DNA of 64,000 nt, from positions 4,960,001-5,024,000 of the forward strand of contig OZ271854.1 of NCBI GenBank assembly GCA_965601925.1, in the 5' to 3' direction. The notes below the pieces were generated by a model. It was not told where the DNA came from, searched no databases, and worked only from the letters and a program-made list of their open reading frames with translations. Position 1 is the first letter of the stretch. Every line of letters starts with the position of its first letter. Source of the stretch: Alkalispirochaeta sp. GTDB taxonomy: Bacteria; Spirochaetota; Spirochaetia; DSM-27196; Alkalispirochaetaceae. Positions 19,458-28,735 of this stretch are shown here, one piece after another. A program made the translations under genes and the position numbers.

Positions 19458-21194
19458 ATGGCAGATACCGGACGGATTATGACCGAGATACGCGGCATCC
19501 CCGCCTCTCCCGGGGTCGCCATCGGCGCCGCATGGATATTTCGTCACCAAGATCTACAGATCTCCGACGAACCCATCGACGGTAAGGCCGTGGAGGCCGA
19601 GTTTCAGCGGTTTCTCGACGGTCGCGCGCGTGCCGAAGAGGAGTTACATGAGATTCACCGCAAGGCCCTCGCTACGCTGGGAGCCGAAGAGGCGGAGATA
19701 TTCGAGGGACACATAGAGCTTCTGGGCGATGATGAGATCGAGAGTGAGGTGCGCTCGGCCATCACGGGCGAGTTGATGTGTGCCGAAAAGGCGGCGTCGG
19801 TCGTGATGGAACGGAACGCCGCCGATATGGAGGCTCTCGACGACGAGTATATGCGCGAACGGGGAGCCGATCTGCGCGATATCGGCAAGCGGTTGGTGTA
19901 CGCCATCGCCGGCGTCGAACTGGCGAGCCTCGATGCAGTCCCCGAGCCGGTGATCGTCGTCGCCGACGACCTGACGCCGTCGGATACCGCCCAAATGGAC
20001 GCGGAGAAAATCCTGGGGTTTGCAACCTCATCGGGAGGGCCGACATCCCACGTTGCAATTATGGCTCGCACCCTGGCGATTCCCGCCGTCGTGGGGTGCG
20101 GCGATGAGCTCTCCCGCCTCGCGGGGAACACGCCGGTCGTACTCGACGGAACCGAAGGGGTCCTCCATCCCCATCCCGACCGCGACCGGGTAACCGAGTA
20201 CGAACGACGCATCGAGGCGGCTCGTGTGGAGGCGGCCTCTCTGTCGACGTTCAAGGATCTCCCGGCGGAGACGAACGACGGCCGGCGCGTCGAGGTGTGC
20301 GCCAACATCGGAACCGATCGCGACGTGCACTCGGCGCTCGAGCACGGTGCGGAGGGCGTCGGACTGTATCGGACCGAGTTCCTCTTCATGGATAAGAGCG
20401 AGATGCCGGGTGAGGAGGAGCAGTTTCACTCCTACAAAGCGGTCGCCGAAGCGATGGGCGATCGTGGAGTGACGGTGCGTACACTCGATATCGGCGGCGA
20501 CAAGGGGCTCGACTATCTCGAGTTTCCACGCGAGCTCAACCCTTTTTTGGGTTGGCGCGCGATCCGCATGTGCCTCGATGCACCGGAGATTCTCGATACG
20601 CAGCTGCGCTCGTTACTGCGGGCGAGTCACTTCGGGAAGCTCCGCATCATGTTTCCGATGGTCATCTCCGTGGAGGAGATCAGACGGCTCAAAACGCGTA
20701 TCAAGGAGATCATGGACGATTTACGCAGCGCCGAAATCCCCTTCGACCCCGACGTCGAGATCGGCATCATGATCGAGACTCCCGCCGCGGTCGTGATCGC
20801 GTCGCACCTGGCGAGAGAGGTCGATTTTTTCAGCATCGGAACCAACGACCTCACGCAATATACCTTAGCGGTCGACCGCGGCAACGAGAAGATCGCTCAT
20901 CTGTACGACCCGCTTCACCCGGCGGTGCTCGCCTCAATACGCAACGTGATCGAGGCCGCGCACGAGCGGAACAAGTGGGTCGGAATGTGCGGCGAACTCG
21001 CCGGTGACGAGCGGGCAAGCGTCGTTCTCCTCGGTATGGGTCTGGACGAGTTCAGTATGAGTGCACCGGCCATTGCGCGAGTGAAGCGCGCGATCCGCCG
21101 CGTCTCATACGCCGATGCACAGTCTCTCGCCGCCGAAGTGGCAAAGCTGGGAACGAGTGCCGAGATACGCGCCCTCCTAAACACGACGCCCTGA
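19458..21194 (+). CDS. ptsI: PTS enzyme I
   Basis: GIPASPG, GGPTSHVAIMAR, GVGLYRTEF, FSIGTNDLTQY, GMCGE. Confidence 0.96.
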   Translation: MADTGRIMTEIRGIPASPGVAIGAAWIFRHQDLQISDEPIDGKAVEAEFQRFLDGRARAEEELHEIHRKALATLGAEEAEIFEGHIELLGDDEIESEVRSAITGELMCAEKAASVVMERNAADMEALDDEYMRERGADLRDIGKRLVYAIAGVELASLDAVPEPVIVVADDLTPSDTAQMDAEKILGFATSSGGPTSHVAIMARTLAIPAVVGCGDELSRLAGNTPVVLDGTEGVLHPHPDRDRVTEYERRIEAARVEAASLSTFKDLPAETNDGRRVEVCANIGTDRDVHSALEHGAEGVGLYRTEFLFMDKSEMPGEEEQFHSYKAVAEAMGDRGVTVRTLDIGGDKGLDYLEFPRELNPFLGWRAIRMCLDAPEILDTQLRSLLRASHFGKLRIMFPMVISVEEIRRLKTRIKEIMDDLRSAEIPFDPDVEIGIMIETPAAVVIASHLAREVDFFSIGTNDLTQYTLAVDRGNEKIAHLYDPLHPAVLASIRNVIEAAHERNKWVGMCGELAGDERASVVLLGMGLDEFSMSAPAIARVKRAIRRVSYADAQSLAAEVAKLGTSAEIRALLNTTP

Positions 21195-21318
21195 GCTCCG
21201 GGCCTGGGCAGGCGGGCCCGGCCGGACGCGTGTCGGGCCTCCGAACGATCGGCTTCGCCGTCGGCGTGTATCGATGCGTCGCCTGTCAATCCCCGCGCGC
21301 CTCGGTATAGAATGGCGC

Positions 21319-21837
21319 ATGGTCGATATCGGTCTTTACTACTACAGCTACGAGGGTTTCACCGATCGCGTGATGCGAGCGGTCGAGGCGGAACTTGCCG
21401 TGTCGGGTGCTACCGCCGAGCACGTGTATCTCGAGCGGTTGGTTCCGACACGCGAAAAACGGCGTACGGGACTCGCGAAGTACATGTGGGGCGGCAGAGA
21501 GGCGCTCATGGGGCGGAGACCGCACCTCCAAACGATTAAACGGGAACCGACGAACGGTTCGGTACTGGTGATCGCGGGCCCGGTGTGGGCCTTTACCTAC
21601 CCTCCTCCGATCGGGAGCTTCATCGCGCGATACGACCTGTCCTCTCATCCGATAGCCGGCATACTCACCCACGACGGCGGTCCCATGCGGGCGTTGGACA
21701 AGCTGGCGCAGGCGTTGCAGCCGGCGCGCGTTATCGGAACCGCGGCCTTGCTCAATACCGGTGGCGACAAACCGGTTGAGTTGGACTCGCTACGACCGCT
21801 ACTCGAGTCCGTTGTCGCGGAGGCGATGCGTCGCTGA
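21319..21837 (+). CDS. Flavodoxin-like protein
   Basis: YYSYEGFT, IAGPVWAFTYPPP and THDGG resemble the flavodoxin fold. Confidence 0.7.
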   Translation: MVDIGLYYYSYEGFTDRVMRAVEAELAVSGATAEHVYLERLVPTREKRRTGLAKYMWGGREALMGRRPHLQTIKREPTNGSVLVIAGPVWAFTYPPPIGSFIARYDLSSHPIAGILTHDGGPMRALDKLAQALQPARVIGTAALLNTGGDKPVELDSLRPLLESVVAEAMRR

Positions 21838-21933
21838 CGCGCTGCAACGGAGTCCGAAATCGCCTCGCAGGCCGCATGTGCCGGCGGTTACGCGTTGACC
21901 CGTGGTAAAAGGTGCGATACCGTTATGTGGCCT

Positions 21934-22380
21934 ATGCTCAGCGATGTCTTGAGCGAAACGCTCATCACGTGCGACCTCGACGCCTCGAATGGTGAGGAGG
22001 TCATCGACGCGCTCGTGGATCTTATTTGCACCACCGGAGAGGTACGGAATCGGAAGACTGCGCTTGAGGACGTGTTGGCCAACGAGCGACGATCATCCAC
22101 CGGAATGCAGTACGGTGTGGCGATCCCCCACGCCAAGACCACGGCCGTAGACCGTTTGCTTGCCGCCGTCGCGATCACGCGAAACCCGATAGCGTTCGAT
22201 AGTCTCGACGGAAAACCGTGCGATATCTTCGTCATGACGCTCTCTCCAATCGACCAGGTGGGTCCGCATATGCGTTTTCTGGCTGAGATCGGACGACTTC
22301 TTAAAAACCGCCGGACACGGAAATCGCTCAGGCAGGCGCGTACCAATGCGGAACTGCTGTCCGCCTTTGTGGACGGTTGA
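21934..22380 (+). CDS. PTS IIA component (fructose/Ntr-like)
   Basis: ERRSSTGMQYGVAIPHAK, FDSLDGKPC; start could instead be 21925. Confidence 0.85.
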   Translation: MLSDVLSETLITCDLDASNGEEVIDALVDLICTTGEVRNRKTALEDVLANERRSSTGMQYGVAIPHAKTTAVDRLLAAVAITRNPIAFDSLDGKPCDIFVMTLSPIDQVGPHMRFLAEIGRLLKNRRTRKSLRQARTNAELLSAFVDG

Positions 22381-22395
22381 GTAGGACCGCCCGAC

Positions 22396-23901
22396 CTACA
22401 ACGCCATCATCACGAATGTCAGCACGACTGCGGCGCCGGTGGCGATGGTGAGGGCTATCTGGGCGTCAATGCGATAGGCGACGCGCAACCGCGCTCGCAC
22501 GGGACGCACCGAGGCGAGAAGCATTCTCCGAATGAACGGTTCGCGCTCCTCATGCCCCGGCAGCGACAGTAACCGGCGCCGTACGAGAAACCACAAAGCC
22601 AACGCCAGCCCCGCGGGATAGACGCCCGAGAATATCGCCTGCGGGCTGTAGAACTCGTGTACCGGAACGCCCGGCACGGCCGCTGGAAACAGCCCGATAC
22701 CGATGGAAAGCGCCGATAGGGTGACGAGGGCGATCGACGCCATGGGAGTGAGGCGGATCCGTTCGACCCGACGACCACTTCGGACCGATTCGTCCTGGTG
22801 CGCCGGCCGAAGGAATATCAGGTAGATGAACTTTGTAAAGGAGAGTCCCGTCCCGACGCTCGCGACGATTAAGAGCGTGGTCTGCAACTCGCCTCCGACC
22901 TTCTTCAAAAGCTCCTTACTGACGTATCCGCTCGTAAAGGGTAGTCCGACGATGGAAAGTGCGCCGATGACGGCACAGACGAAGACTAACGGCATGGAAC
23001 GGGCGAGCCGTCCCATGCGACGCAGGTCGTCGTGACCCACGTAGTCCACCACTATCGCAACCACCAAAAAGAGCAGCGCCTTGTACAGAATGTGATTTAC
23101 CGAATGAAAAAGCCCCGCGGTAATTCCCGCGTCGGCCTCGCCGGTACCGGCAAGGCCGACCCCCGCTAGCATGTACCCGACCTGGCTAATGATATGGTAG
23201 GAGAGGAGTCGTCGCGCCGAGTGTTGCACCAGTGCGCACAGTACGGCACATACCGCGACGACGGCGCCGATGATGCTCAGAATCGGTAGCGCGTGATGGA
23301 CGAACACCACCGACTCGGCGGCGGTGTACACACCCACTTTGGTAGCGTAGGCGGAGAGGACGAAGCTCCCTAGGAATCCGGCGCGAGTGTAGGAGCCGAT
23401 CAGCCAACCGTGAAGGGGCATCATCGCCGTCTTGATGAGCACCGCCGATATCATAAAGGGTTGCGCCGCCGCTCCCAGCGGCCCCACCTCGAGCGACCCG
23501 CTCTCGTCGGCGTGGATGACGATTGCGATGAAAAAGAGCGCCGCAGCGCATATCTGCGCCGCAAGGTACCAGTAGGCGGCGCGTTCGGAGTCCTCGTTCC
23601 GGAGTGTACGCCCGGGGCCGGAGCGAAGATCCCTCGTGTACACCATCGAGAGGCCGGGCCGCGGCCCGCAGCGAATGATGGCGAAGGCGGAAAAGGTGAG
23701 CAACTCCCACGCCACCAGAAGCGTCAAAAGATCGTGCGCAATGACCGACAACGCGCCGGAAAGCGCGTGGACACCAGCGGCGATACATAACGGCCGCTCT
23801 TTCACCGCCAGGGCGAGGCCGATCCCGAGTCCGCCGATCAGGAGATACACCCCGAGGAGCACCCGGTCGAGTCCCGTCGGCACGGCAAGAACGAACGGCA
23901 T
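22396..23901 (-). CDS. Mrp antiporter MrpD/MrpA-like proton-conducting subunit
   Basis: AWELLT, IKTAMMPLHGWL, TKVGVY, RRLLSYHIISQVGY, NHILYKALLF, GYVSKE. Confidence 0.85.
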   Translation of the reverse strand: MPFVLAVPTGLDRVLLGVYLLIGGLGIGLALAVKERPLCIAAGVHALSGALSVIAHDLLTLLVAWELLTFSAFAIIRCGPRPGLSMVYTRDLRSGPGRTLRNEDSERAAYWYLAAQICAAALFFIAIVIHADESGSLEVGPLGAAAQPFMISAVLIKTAMMPLHGWLIGSYTRAGFLGSFVLSAYATKVGVYTAAESVVFVHHALPILSIIGAVVAVCAVLCALVQHSARRLLSYHIISQVGYMLAGVGLAGTGEADAGITAGLFHSVNHILYKALLFLVVAIVVDYVGHDDLRRMGRLARSMPLVFVCAVIGALSIVGLPFTSGYVSKELLKKVGGELQTTLLIVASVGTGLSFTKFIYLIFLRPAHQDESVRSGRRVERIRLTPMASIALVTLSALSIGIGLFPAAVPGVPVHEFYSPQAIFSGVYPAGLALALWFLVRRRLLSLPGHEEREPFIRRMLLASVRPVRARLRVAYRIDAQIALTIATGAAVVLTFVMMAL

Positions 23902-23903
23902 CG

Positions 23904-25403
23904 TCACACCCCTCCCTGGACGATACCGAGATACGCGTCGATATCGACGAGAGTCGCCGCGGCGCGTGCGACGATCGACTCTATCCTCGGCCCGATGAAT
24001 CCGAGAGCGAGCGTCGCTACACTGAGAACGCCCGCCAACACAAGCGAAAATCGAGCGGCGCGCCGTCCCTCCGCCTGAGGCTCGGTACGGGAGAGCCCGA
24101 GGTGGAATATCCGCGCGTAGTAGAGCATCGATATAACGGTGCCCGCGGCGACGATCGCTACCGGCGCGGCGCCGTACGCGGTATACGCCTCGCCGGCGAC
24201 GCGCCACTTACTAAAAAACCCGCTGGTCGGCGGTATGCCGACGAGGGCGAGGGACGCGAGCAAAAACGCGGCGAACCCTACGCGCTCGGTGGTGGCGACG
24301 CCGCGCAGCCGTTCCAACGTCGACTCTCCCACGCGATCGATCAACGACCGTCCGGAGTAAAAGAGCGTCGTCTTCATGAGAGAGTGAAACACGATGTGAA
24401 GCAGCACGGCGCCGCCGGCCGCCGTCGCAAGCGATGCGCCGTCGGCCTCGATCGCCGCGGCCAGACCCACGAGGATGTAACCGACGTGAGCTACGCTCGA
24501 GAACGCGAGCAGACGCTTCAGATCCCGTTCCACCAGCGCGATCGTGTGTCCCGCAAGAATATTGACGGCCCCGAGCACCAAAAGCACCGATCCGCCCGCC
24601 TCGAGGAGCGTCGGAATCCTAAGCGTGTGCATCAGAAGCCGCACGAACGCATAGAGGTATATCTTCATTCCCGTCCCGGAGAGCAGTGCGGCGACGCTAC
24701 TGCCGGCCGCATCGTATGAGGGGGCCTGCCAGAAATGGAACGGTATCAGGCCGAACTTGATGCCGAGCGATGCGATCACGAGTCCTACCACCACCCGATA
24801 TGCACCGACCGGCATATCGTGTACTCGCGATGCTATCTCGGCCATCGTCAGAGTACCGGTGCCGGCGTATATCACCATTACGGCGATCAAAAAAAGAGTA
24901 CCCGAGACGGAGGCGAACAGGAGGTAGACAAATCCGGCGCCGGCGCCCTGAGGGCGCTGCTTGTGCGTGATGAGTCCGACCGTCGAGACCGACGCGAGCT
25001 CGACAAACACGAAAAGGTTGAAAATATCGCCGGCGACGACGATCCCGGAGAGCGCGGCAAGCAGCAGCTGCGAGAGAATCCACATTCCCGGACGAGCCCT
25101 GCGTTCCTGAGCGAGGGCGTGGGCGAGAAACACACCGTGCCCGGCGCACAGCAGTGTGAGAAATACTATCGTCAGTGAGTCGGCGACCATGACGATTCCG
25201 AGGGGTGCCGACCATCCACCGACTCGGTAGAGCACCGTGTCGACGGCGACTTCGGCGCTCAAGCGATAGATCGCAACGGCGTGAGCTGCGGCGGAGAAAA
25301 CAAGCAGCATCCGCACCGCCCTCTCGCTTCGCCGAACGACAAGCGAGGAGGCCACCGCTGTGGCGAGGGGAATCAAAACGACGGCAACGAGCCCATGGTT
25401 CAC
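23904..25403 (-). CDS. mrpD: Mrp Na+/H+ antiporter subunit D
   Basis: GGWSAPLGI, DIFNLFVFVE, IKFGLIPFHFW, KRLLAFSSVAHVGY, GIPPTSGFFSKW. Confidence 0.9.
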   Translation of the reverse strand: MNHGLVAVVLIPLATAVASSLVVRRSERAVRMLLVFSAAAHAVAIYRLSAEVAVDTVLYRVGGWSAPLGIVMVADSLTIVFLTLLCAGHGVFLAHALAQERRARPGMWILSQLLLAALSGIVVAGDIFNLFVFVELASVSTVGLITHKQRPQGAGAGFVYLLFASVSGTLFLIAVMVIYAGTGTLTMAEIASRVHDMPVGAYRVVVGLVIASLGIKFGLIPFHFWQAPSYDAAGSSVAALLSGTGMKIYLYAFVRLLMHTLRIPTLLEAGGSVLLVLGAVNILAGHTIALVERDLKRLLAFSSVAHVGYILVGLAAAIEADGASLATAAGGAVLLHIVFHSLMKTTLFYSGRSLIDRVGESTLERLRGVATTERVGFAAFLLASLALVGIPPTSGFFSKWRVAGEAYTAYGAAPVAIVAAGTVISMLYYARIFHLGLSRTEPQAEGRRAARFSLVLAGVLSVATLALGFIGPRIESIVARAAATLVDIDAYLGIVQGGV

Positions 25404-25741
25404 CGTTGCCTCCGAAATACGACGCCGATGTCGGTCGTCCCGTGTCGAGCGTACACGACGACGGTCAAGGCCAGCGCCACCGAGAGCACACCGGCGCCGA
25501 TAACGATCGCCGTCAAAGCCAACGCGTGGGGAAGGGGATCGACGAACACGCTCGCGTTACCGTCGATAATCGGCGCCGCGCCGTCGGGGCGGTATGCGAG
25601 GGAGACGAGCGATAGAATCAGCGCGGAGTCCATGACGCTGAGACTTACGCATATCTTGATCATATCGCGTTGCGTGAGGACACCGAATAGCCCGATTCCG
25701 AAGACGATCGCCGAGGCGATGTATCCGGCCTGCTGCAGCAC
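25400..25741 (-). CDS. mrpC: Mrp antiporter subunit C
   Basis: DPLPHALALTAIVIG. Confidence 0.92.
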   Translation of the reverse strand: MLQQAGYIASAIVFGIGLFGVLTQRDMIKICVSLSVMDSALILSLVSLAYRPDGAAPIIDGNASVFVDPLPHALALTAIVIGAGVLSVALALTVVVYARHGTTDIGVVFRRQR

Positions 25742-26451
25742 TACTCGCCCCCCGTGGAGAGCAGATCGAAGATAATCGAGCCGAGACCCGCAGCGACCTT
25801 GAGCCCGATGATAATGTTGAGGAGCGGGATAACGCCGCCGCTCAAAAGCGATCCGGGCTCGCCTCGGGAAAAGCCAGCCGCGGCATTCGCCAAGTACGGA
25901 AGGCCGCGGACGACGCCGATCAGTCCGACCAGCAAAAACGCCGCGGCGCTCAACGACTCGGTATCGTGTAGTCGCTCAAGCCCGACCGCGTGCGATGCAC
26001 GGAGCGTACCGAAGACGACCGCCAACAAAATGAGCAGTACCGCCAGACTCACTCCACCCTGAAATCCCCCGCCGGGCGAGAGATGGCCGTGGAATATGAT
26101 GTAGATCGGAAACATGAGAAAGAGCGCCGCCAGATAGGCGACCGCTCGCCGCACCAAGAGGCTCAAACCCGCATTGGAACGCCGGAGCGTGGATCCCGCA
26201 AAGACGGCGCCGACCGCGGCCACGGAGGCGAAGATAACGCTCGCTTCGCCCAGAGTATCGAAGGCGCGAAAGTCGAGGAGGATCGTCGCGACGACGTTAA
26301 CGGCCCCCGAGGCGGGCACCGAACCTCCCAAGAGGCGCGGCGCGATGTTCGGCGAACGGATTTCCGTAGTGGTAAACGAGATAAGGAGCGCTGCGAATCC
26401 GACGGCGGTGGTGACGGCCACGACCAGACCGAGCGTGGAGCGTTTTTTCAT
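25741..26451 (-). CDS. mrpB: Mrp antiporter subunit B (with NVV..DFRAFDT domain)
   Basis: NVVATILLDFRAFDTLGE, HGHLSPGGGFQGG; start at MKKRS. Confidence 0.88.
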   Translation of the reverse strand: MKKRSTLGLVVAVTTAVGFAALLISFTTTEIRSPNIAPRLLGGSVPASGAVNVVATILLDFRAFDTLGEASVIFASVAAVGAVFAGSTLRRSNAGLSLLVRRAVAYLAALFLMFPIYIIFHGHLSPGGGFQGGVSLAVLLILLAVVFGTLRASHAVGLERLHDTESLSAAAFLLVGLIGVVRGLPYLANAAAGFSRGEPGSLLSGGVIPLLNIIIGLKVAAGLGSIIFDLLSTGGE

Positions 26452-26690
26452 CGGCGGCTCCGCGTTCGATTCACGGCAGTAATGAAAATTGCGGTCATGA
26501 GCCCGGCGCCGATAACCGCCTCCGCCATCGCCACGTCGACCGCTTGGAGCATCGCAAACGAGACGGTGGTAAGGATGCTGAATACCGAGAGAATAATGAT
26601 CGAAGTGATGTATCCCCGGGCTACCACGGCGCCGAACGCGGCGATCACCACAAGTATCAACAGCGCAAGAAAGACCCAATCAAGCGTCAC
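26448..26690 (-). CDS. Mrp subunit B-related small protein (DUF4040-like)
   Basis: AVDVAMAEAVIGAG motif, 3 TM; GTG 26690 follows GGAG. Confidence 0.8.
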   Translation of the reverse strand: MTLDWVFLALLILVVIAAFGAVVARGYITSIIILSVFSILTTVSFAMLQAVDVAMAEAVIGAGLMTAIFITAVNRTRSRR

Positions 26691-27033
26691 TCGATCGCTC
26701 CATATGCTCGGCGTACTCATCGACGGCAAGGTGCCGTCTGGAACGCTCCGAGCGATAATTCGCCCGCGCGATGGCGTGAATAGCGATCGGATTCGTCGTT
26801 AACAGAAAGAGCGCTACCAGCACGGCGCGCACGGCGAATGCAAACGAGGGAGCGCGGAGGGCCACCCCGACGAGCAGTAGTCCGGCCCCGACGGTGAGCC
26901 CCTTGGTTCCGGCGTGAAGACGCGTGTAGGCGTCCGGGAAGCGGAGCATACCAACGGTCATCGCAAAGCAGAAAAAGAGCCCCGCGCCCATAAAGAGCGA
27001 ACCGGCGACGGCGCGAATCTCGGCGATCACCAC
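26680..27033 (-). CDS. mrpG: Mrp antiporter subunit G
   Basis: RFPDAYTRLHAGTK, TNPIAIHAIARA. Confidence 0.92.
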   Translation of the reverse strand: MVIAEIRAVAGSLFMGAGLFFCFAMTVGMLRFPDAYTRLHAGTKGLTVGAGLLLVGVALRAPSFAFAVRAVLVALFLLTTNPIAIHAIARANYRSERSRRHLAVDEYAEHMERSSDA

Positions 27034-27284
27034 GGCTCACTCCGGCGCTCCATAAATCGCGCGATGACGAGCGTGTCGGCAAAGAGAAGGAGCGAGTAAA
27101 CAATCGCGATATCCAGAAAGATCACCCGTTCGAAGAGGAGACCGAGAAGAACCAGGACGATCGTCATCATCGTTCCCACGGCGTCGGCGGCGGCGATGCG
27201 GTCCAACAGAGATGGTCCTTTGAGAACGCGAATCAGGCAAAAGCCGGCAAATCCGATAAGGAGCCCGGCACTGGTAACGATCAC
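27027..27284 (-). CDS. mrpF: Mrp antiporter subunit F
   Basis: RVLKGPSLLDRIAAAD; GTG start overlaps the mrpE stop, after SD GAGGAGG. Confidence 0.9.
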   Translation of the reverse strand: MIVTSAGLLIGFAGFCLIRVLKGPSLLDRIAAADAVGTMMTIVLVLLGLLFERVIFLDIAIVYSLLLFADTLVIARFMERRSEPW

Positions 27285-27823
27285 GCCCCGATCCTCCTCA
27301 TCCACGCTCGCAGTCCGCTGGTGACGCGACTATCGAAGTCGGCCTCTCCATATCCGGTTACGTCGATCCAGTGGACGTAGAGTACGTCGTCCTTCTCGTC
27401 GTAGTCGAGCGTCAACGTGCCGGGCGTCAGCGTCAGAAGATTTGCAAAGAGCGTCGTGCCCGAGACCGTGTTCATGCCGCCGTCGACCCGGACGATTCCC
27501 GGCCAGAAATCGATGCTCGGCTTGAGAGCGAGAAAGGCCATGTTGATACCCGACAACAGCACCTTCCAGAGAAAGACGGGAGCGAGGGCGCAGGCGGCGG
27601 CGAGTATTCGGACCGTACGTCGCGGCGAGGGTGGTCCGGACGGCGCGGGCCGCAGGCGCTCGCCTCTGCTCAACCACGAATCGCCGCCGATCAACTCTCG
27701 GAACACCGCGACCGACGTGATGCTGACCGCGACGCCGGTGATGATATTGATGGGCACCAAAGCTCCCGTAAGGGCGACCCAAATTCCGAAGAGGAAGACG
27801 GCCGCAAGCACGATCTTCACCAT
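27281..27823 (-). CDS. mrpE: Mrp antiporter subunit E
   Basis: PGIV..ANLLTLTPGTLT..LYVHWID; start at MVKIV. Confidence 0.9.
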   Translation of the reverse strand: MVKIVLAAVFLFGIWVALTGALVPINIITGVAVSITSVAVFRELIGGDSWLSRGERLRPAPSGPPSPRRTVRILAAACALAPVFLWKVLLSGINMAFLALKPSIDFWPGIVRVDGGMNTVSGTTLFANLLTLTPGTLTLDYDEKDDVLYVHWIDVTGYGEADFDSRVTSGLRAWMRRIGA

Positions 27824-27830
27824 GGAGCAA

Positions 27831-27859
27831 ATGGTAGCCCATGCACCAAAGGCTCGCAA
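27831..27859 (-). promoter_or_regulatory. mrp operon sigma70 promoter (predicted leaderless)
   Basis: TTGCGA - 17 bp - TACCAT - 7 nt - ATG of mrpE; no SD. Confidence 0.7.
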
Positions 27860-27905
27860 GGGTGGTGCGGTCTCGAGGGCGCATGTTGCAACCGCCCGTG
27901 CAGGC

Positions 27906-28134
27906 GGGGGCGGACGATGCGTTCCTCGCCTCCGTCTGCGGTACGCATCGGGGGGGGCAGACGATGCGTTCCTCGCCTCCGCCTGCGGTACGCATCGGGG
28001 GGCGGACGATGCGTTCCTCGGCTCGTCTGCGATACGCATCGGGGGGCAGACGATGCGTTCCTCGCCTCCGTCTGCGGTACGCATCGGGGGGCAGACGTTG
28101 CGTTCCTCGGCTCGCCTGCGGTACGCATCGGGGG
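27906..28134. repeat. Tandem array of five 44-47-bp palindromic units with poly-G linkers
   Basis: Unit G(5-8)CRGACGATGCGTTCCTCG..TGCGGTACGCATC starting at 27906, 27950, 27997, 28041 and 28086; each unit has the inverted repeat GATGCGT/ACGCATC (one mismatch in unit 5). Confidence 0.95.
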
Positions 28135-28171
28135 CTGAGGATCTCGGGATTGGGGTCGCGCACGCCCCGAT

Positions 28172-28735
28172 TCACGGAGCTGAGCGGGAGCGCTCGGTGT
28201 AATGATCCACAGAGAAGCTGTAGGTAACCTTGACGGTGTACATCATGAGGGTGATACGGATGTACGACGCGGCTTCGGACGCAGCGAAGTAGGCGACGAA
28301 CAGCCCTGCGATGGCGGCGGCGAAGCCGACGATCGGCTGAATATCGCGCCCTCGCATGGATTCGACCCCGAACGCGCTCGCCACGGTAATCGCCCAAACC
28401 ACCATAGCGGGCGCAAAGGCGTCGCCGGAGACGAGGGCGAGAACGATCGGCTGGACGTGGACGGCGAAGAACACCACGCGTCGTCGCAGACTCTCTCCGT
28501 AGTAGCGATTGGTCGCCGGCGAGAGGTTGGCCACGACACCGCCGTAGATGTCGATCATCAACAGCGCGACGATTACCGTCGAGAAGACGTTCAACCCCAG
28601 CCACTCTTCGCGCGCAACCCACATCGTCGCTCCGGTCGCGGCAACGGCAAAACAACACACAAGCACGAGTACAAAGGGCGTCGTTTCGTCTCCGAACAAC
28701 TCGCGTAACCCGTGCGGTATCCGTACGTTCCTCAT
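28172..28735 (-). CDS. Hypothetical multi-TM membrane protein
   Basis: About 6 hydrophobic segments (DIYGGVVAN, FFAVHVQP); ATGA-coupled to tetR. Confidence 0.7.
   Translation of the reverse strand: MRNVRIPHGLRELFGDETTPFVLVLVCCFAVAATGATMWVAREEWLGLNVFSTVIVALLMIDIYGGVVANLSPATNRYYGESLRRRVVFFAVHVQPIVLALVSGDAFAPAMVVWAITVASAFGVESMRGRDIQPIVGFAAAIAGLFVAYFAASEAASYIRITLMMYTVKVTYSFSVDHYTERSRSAP

Noticed and set aside
21934..22396. Functional link between the EIIA gene and the convergent Mrp operon
   Set aside because: Adjacency on opposite strands is the only evidence.
27906..28134. CRISPR array
   Set aside because: Units are contiguous near-identical repeats with no unique spacers, and no cas genes are in the window.
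27330..28658. Long repeat-spanning ORFs (442 aa, and the N-terminal extension of mrpE to 28084)
   Set aside because: They are translations of the stop-free GC-rich repeat; mrpE has its own promoter and ATG at 27823.
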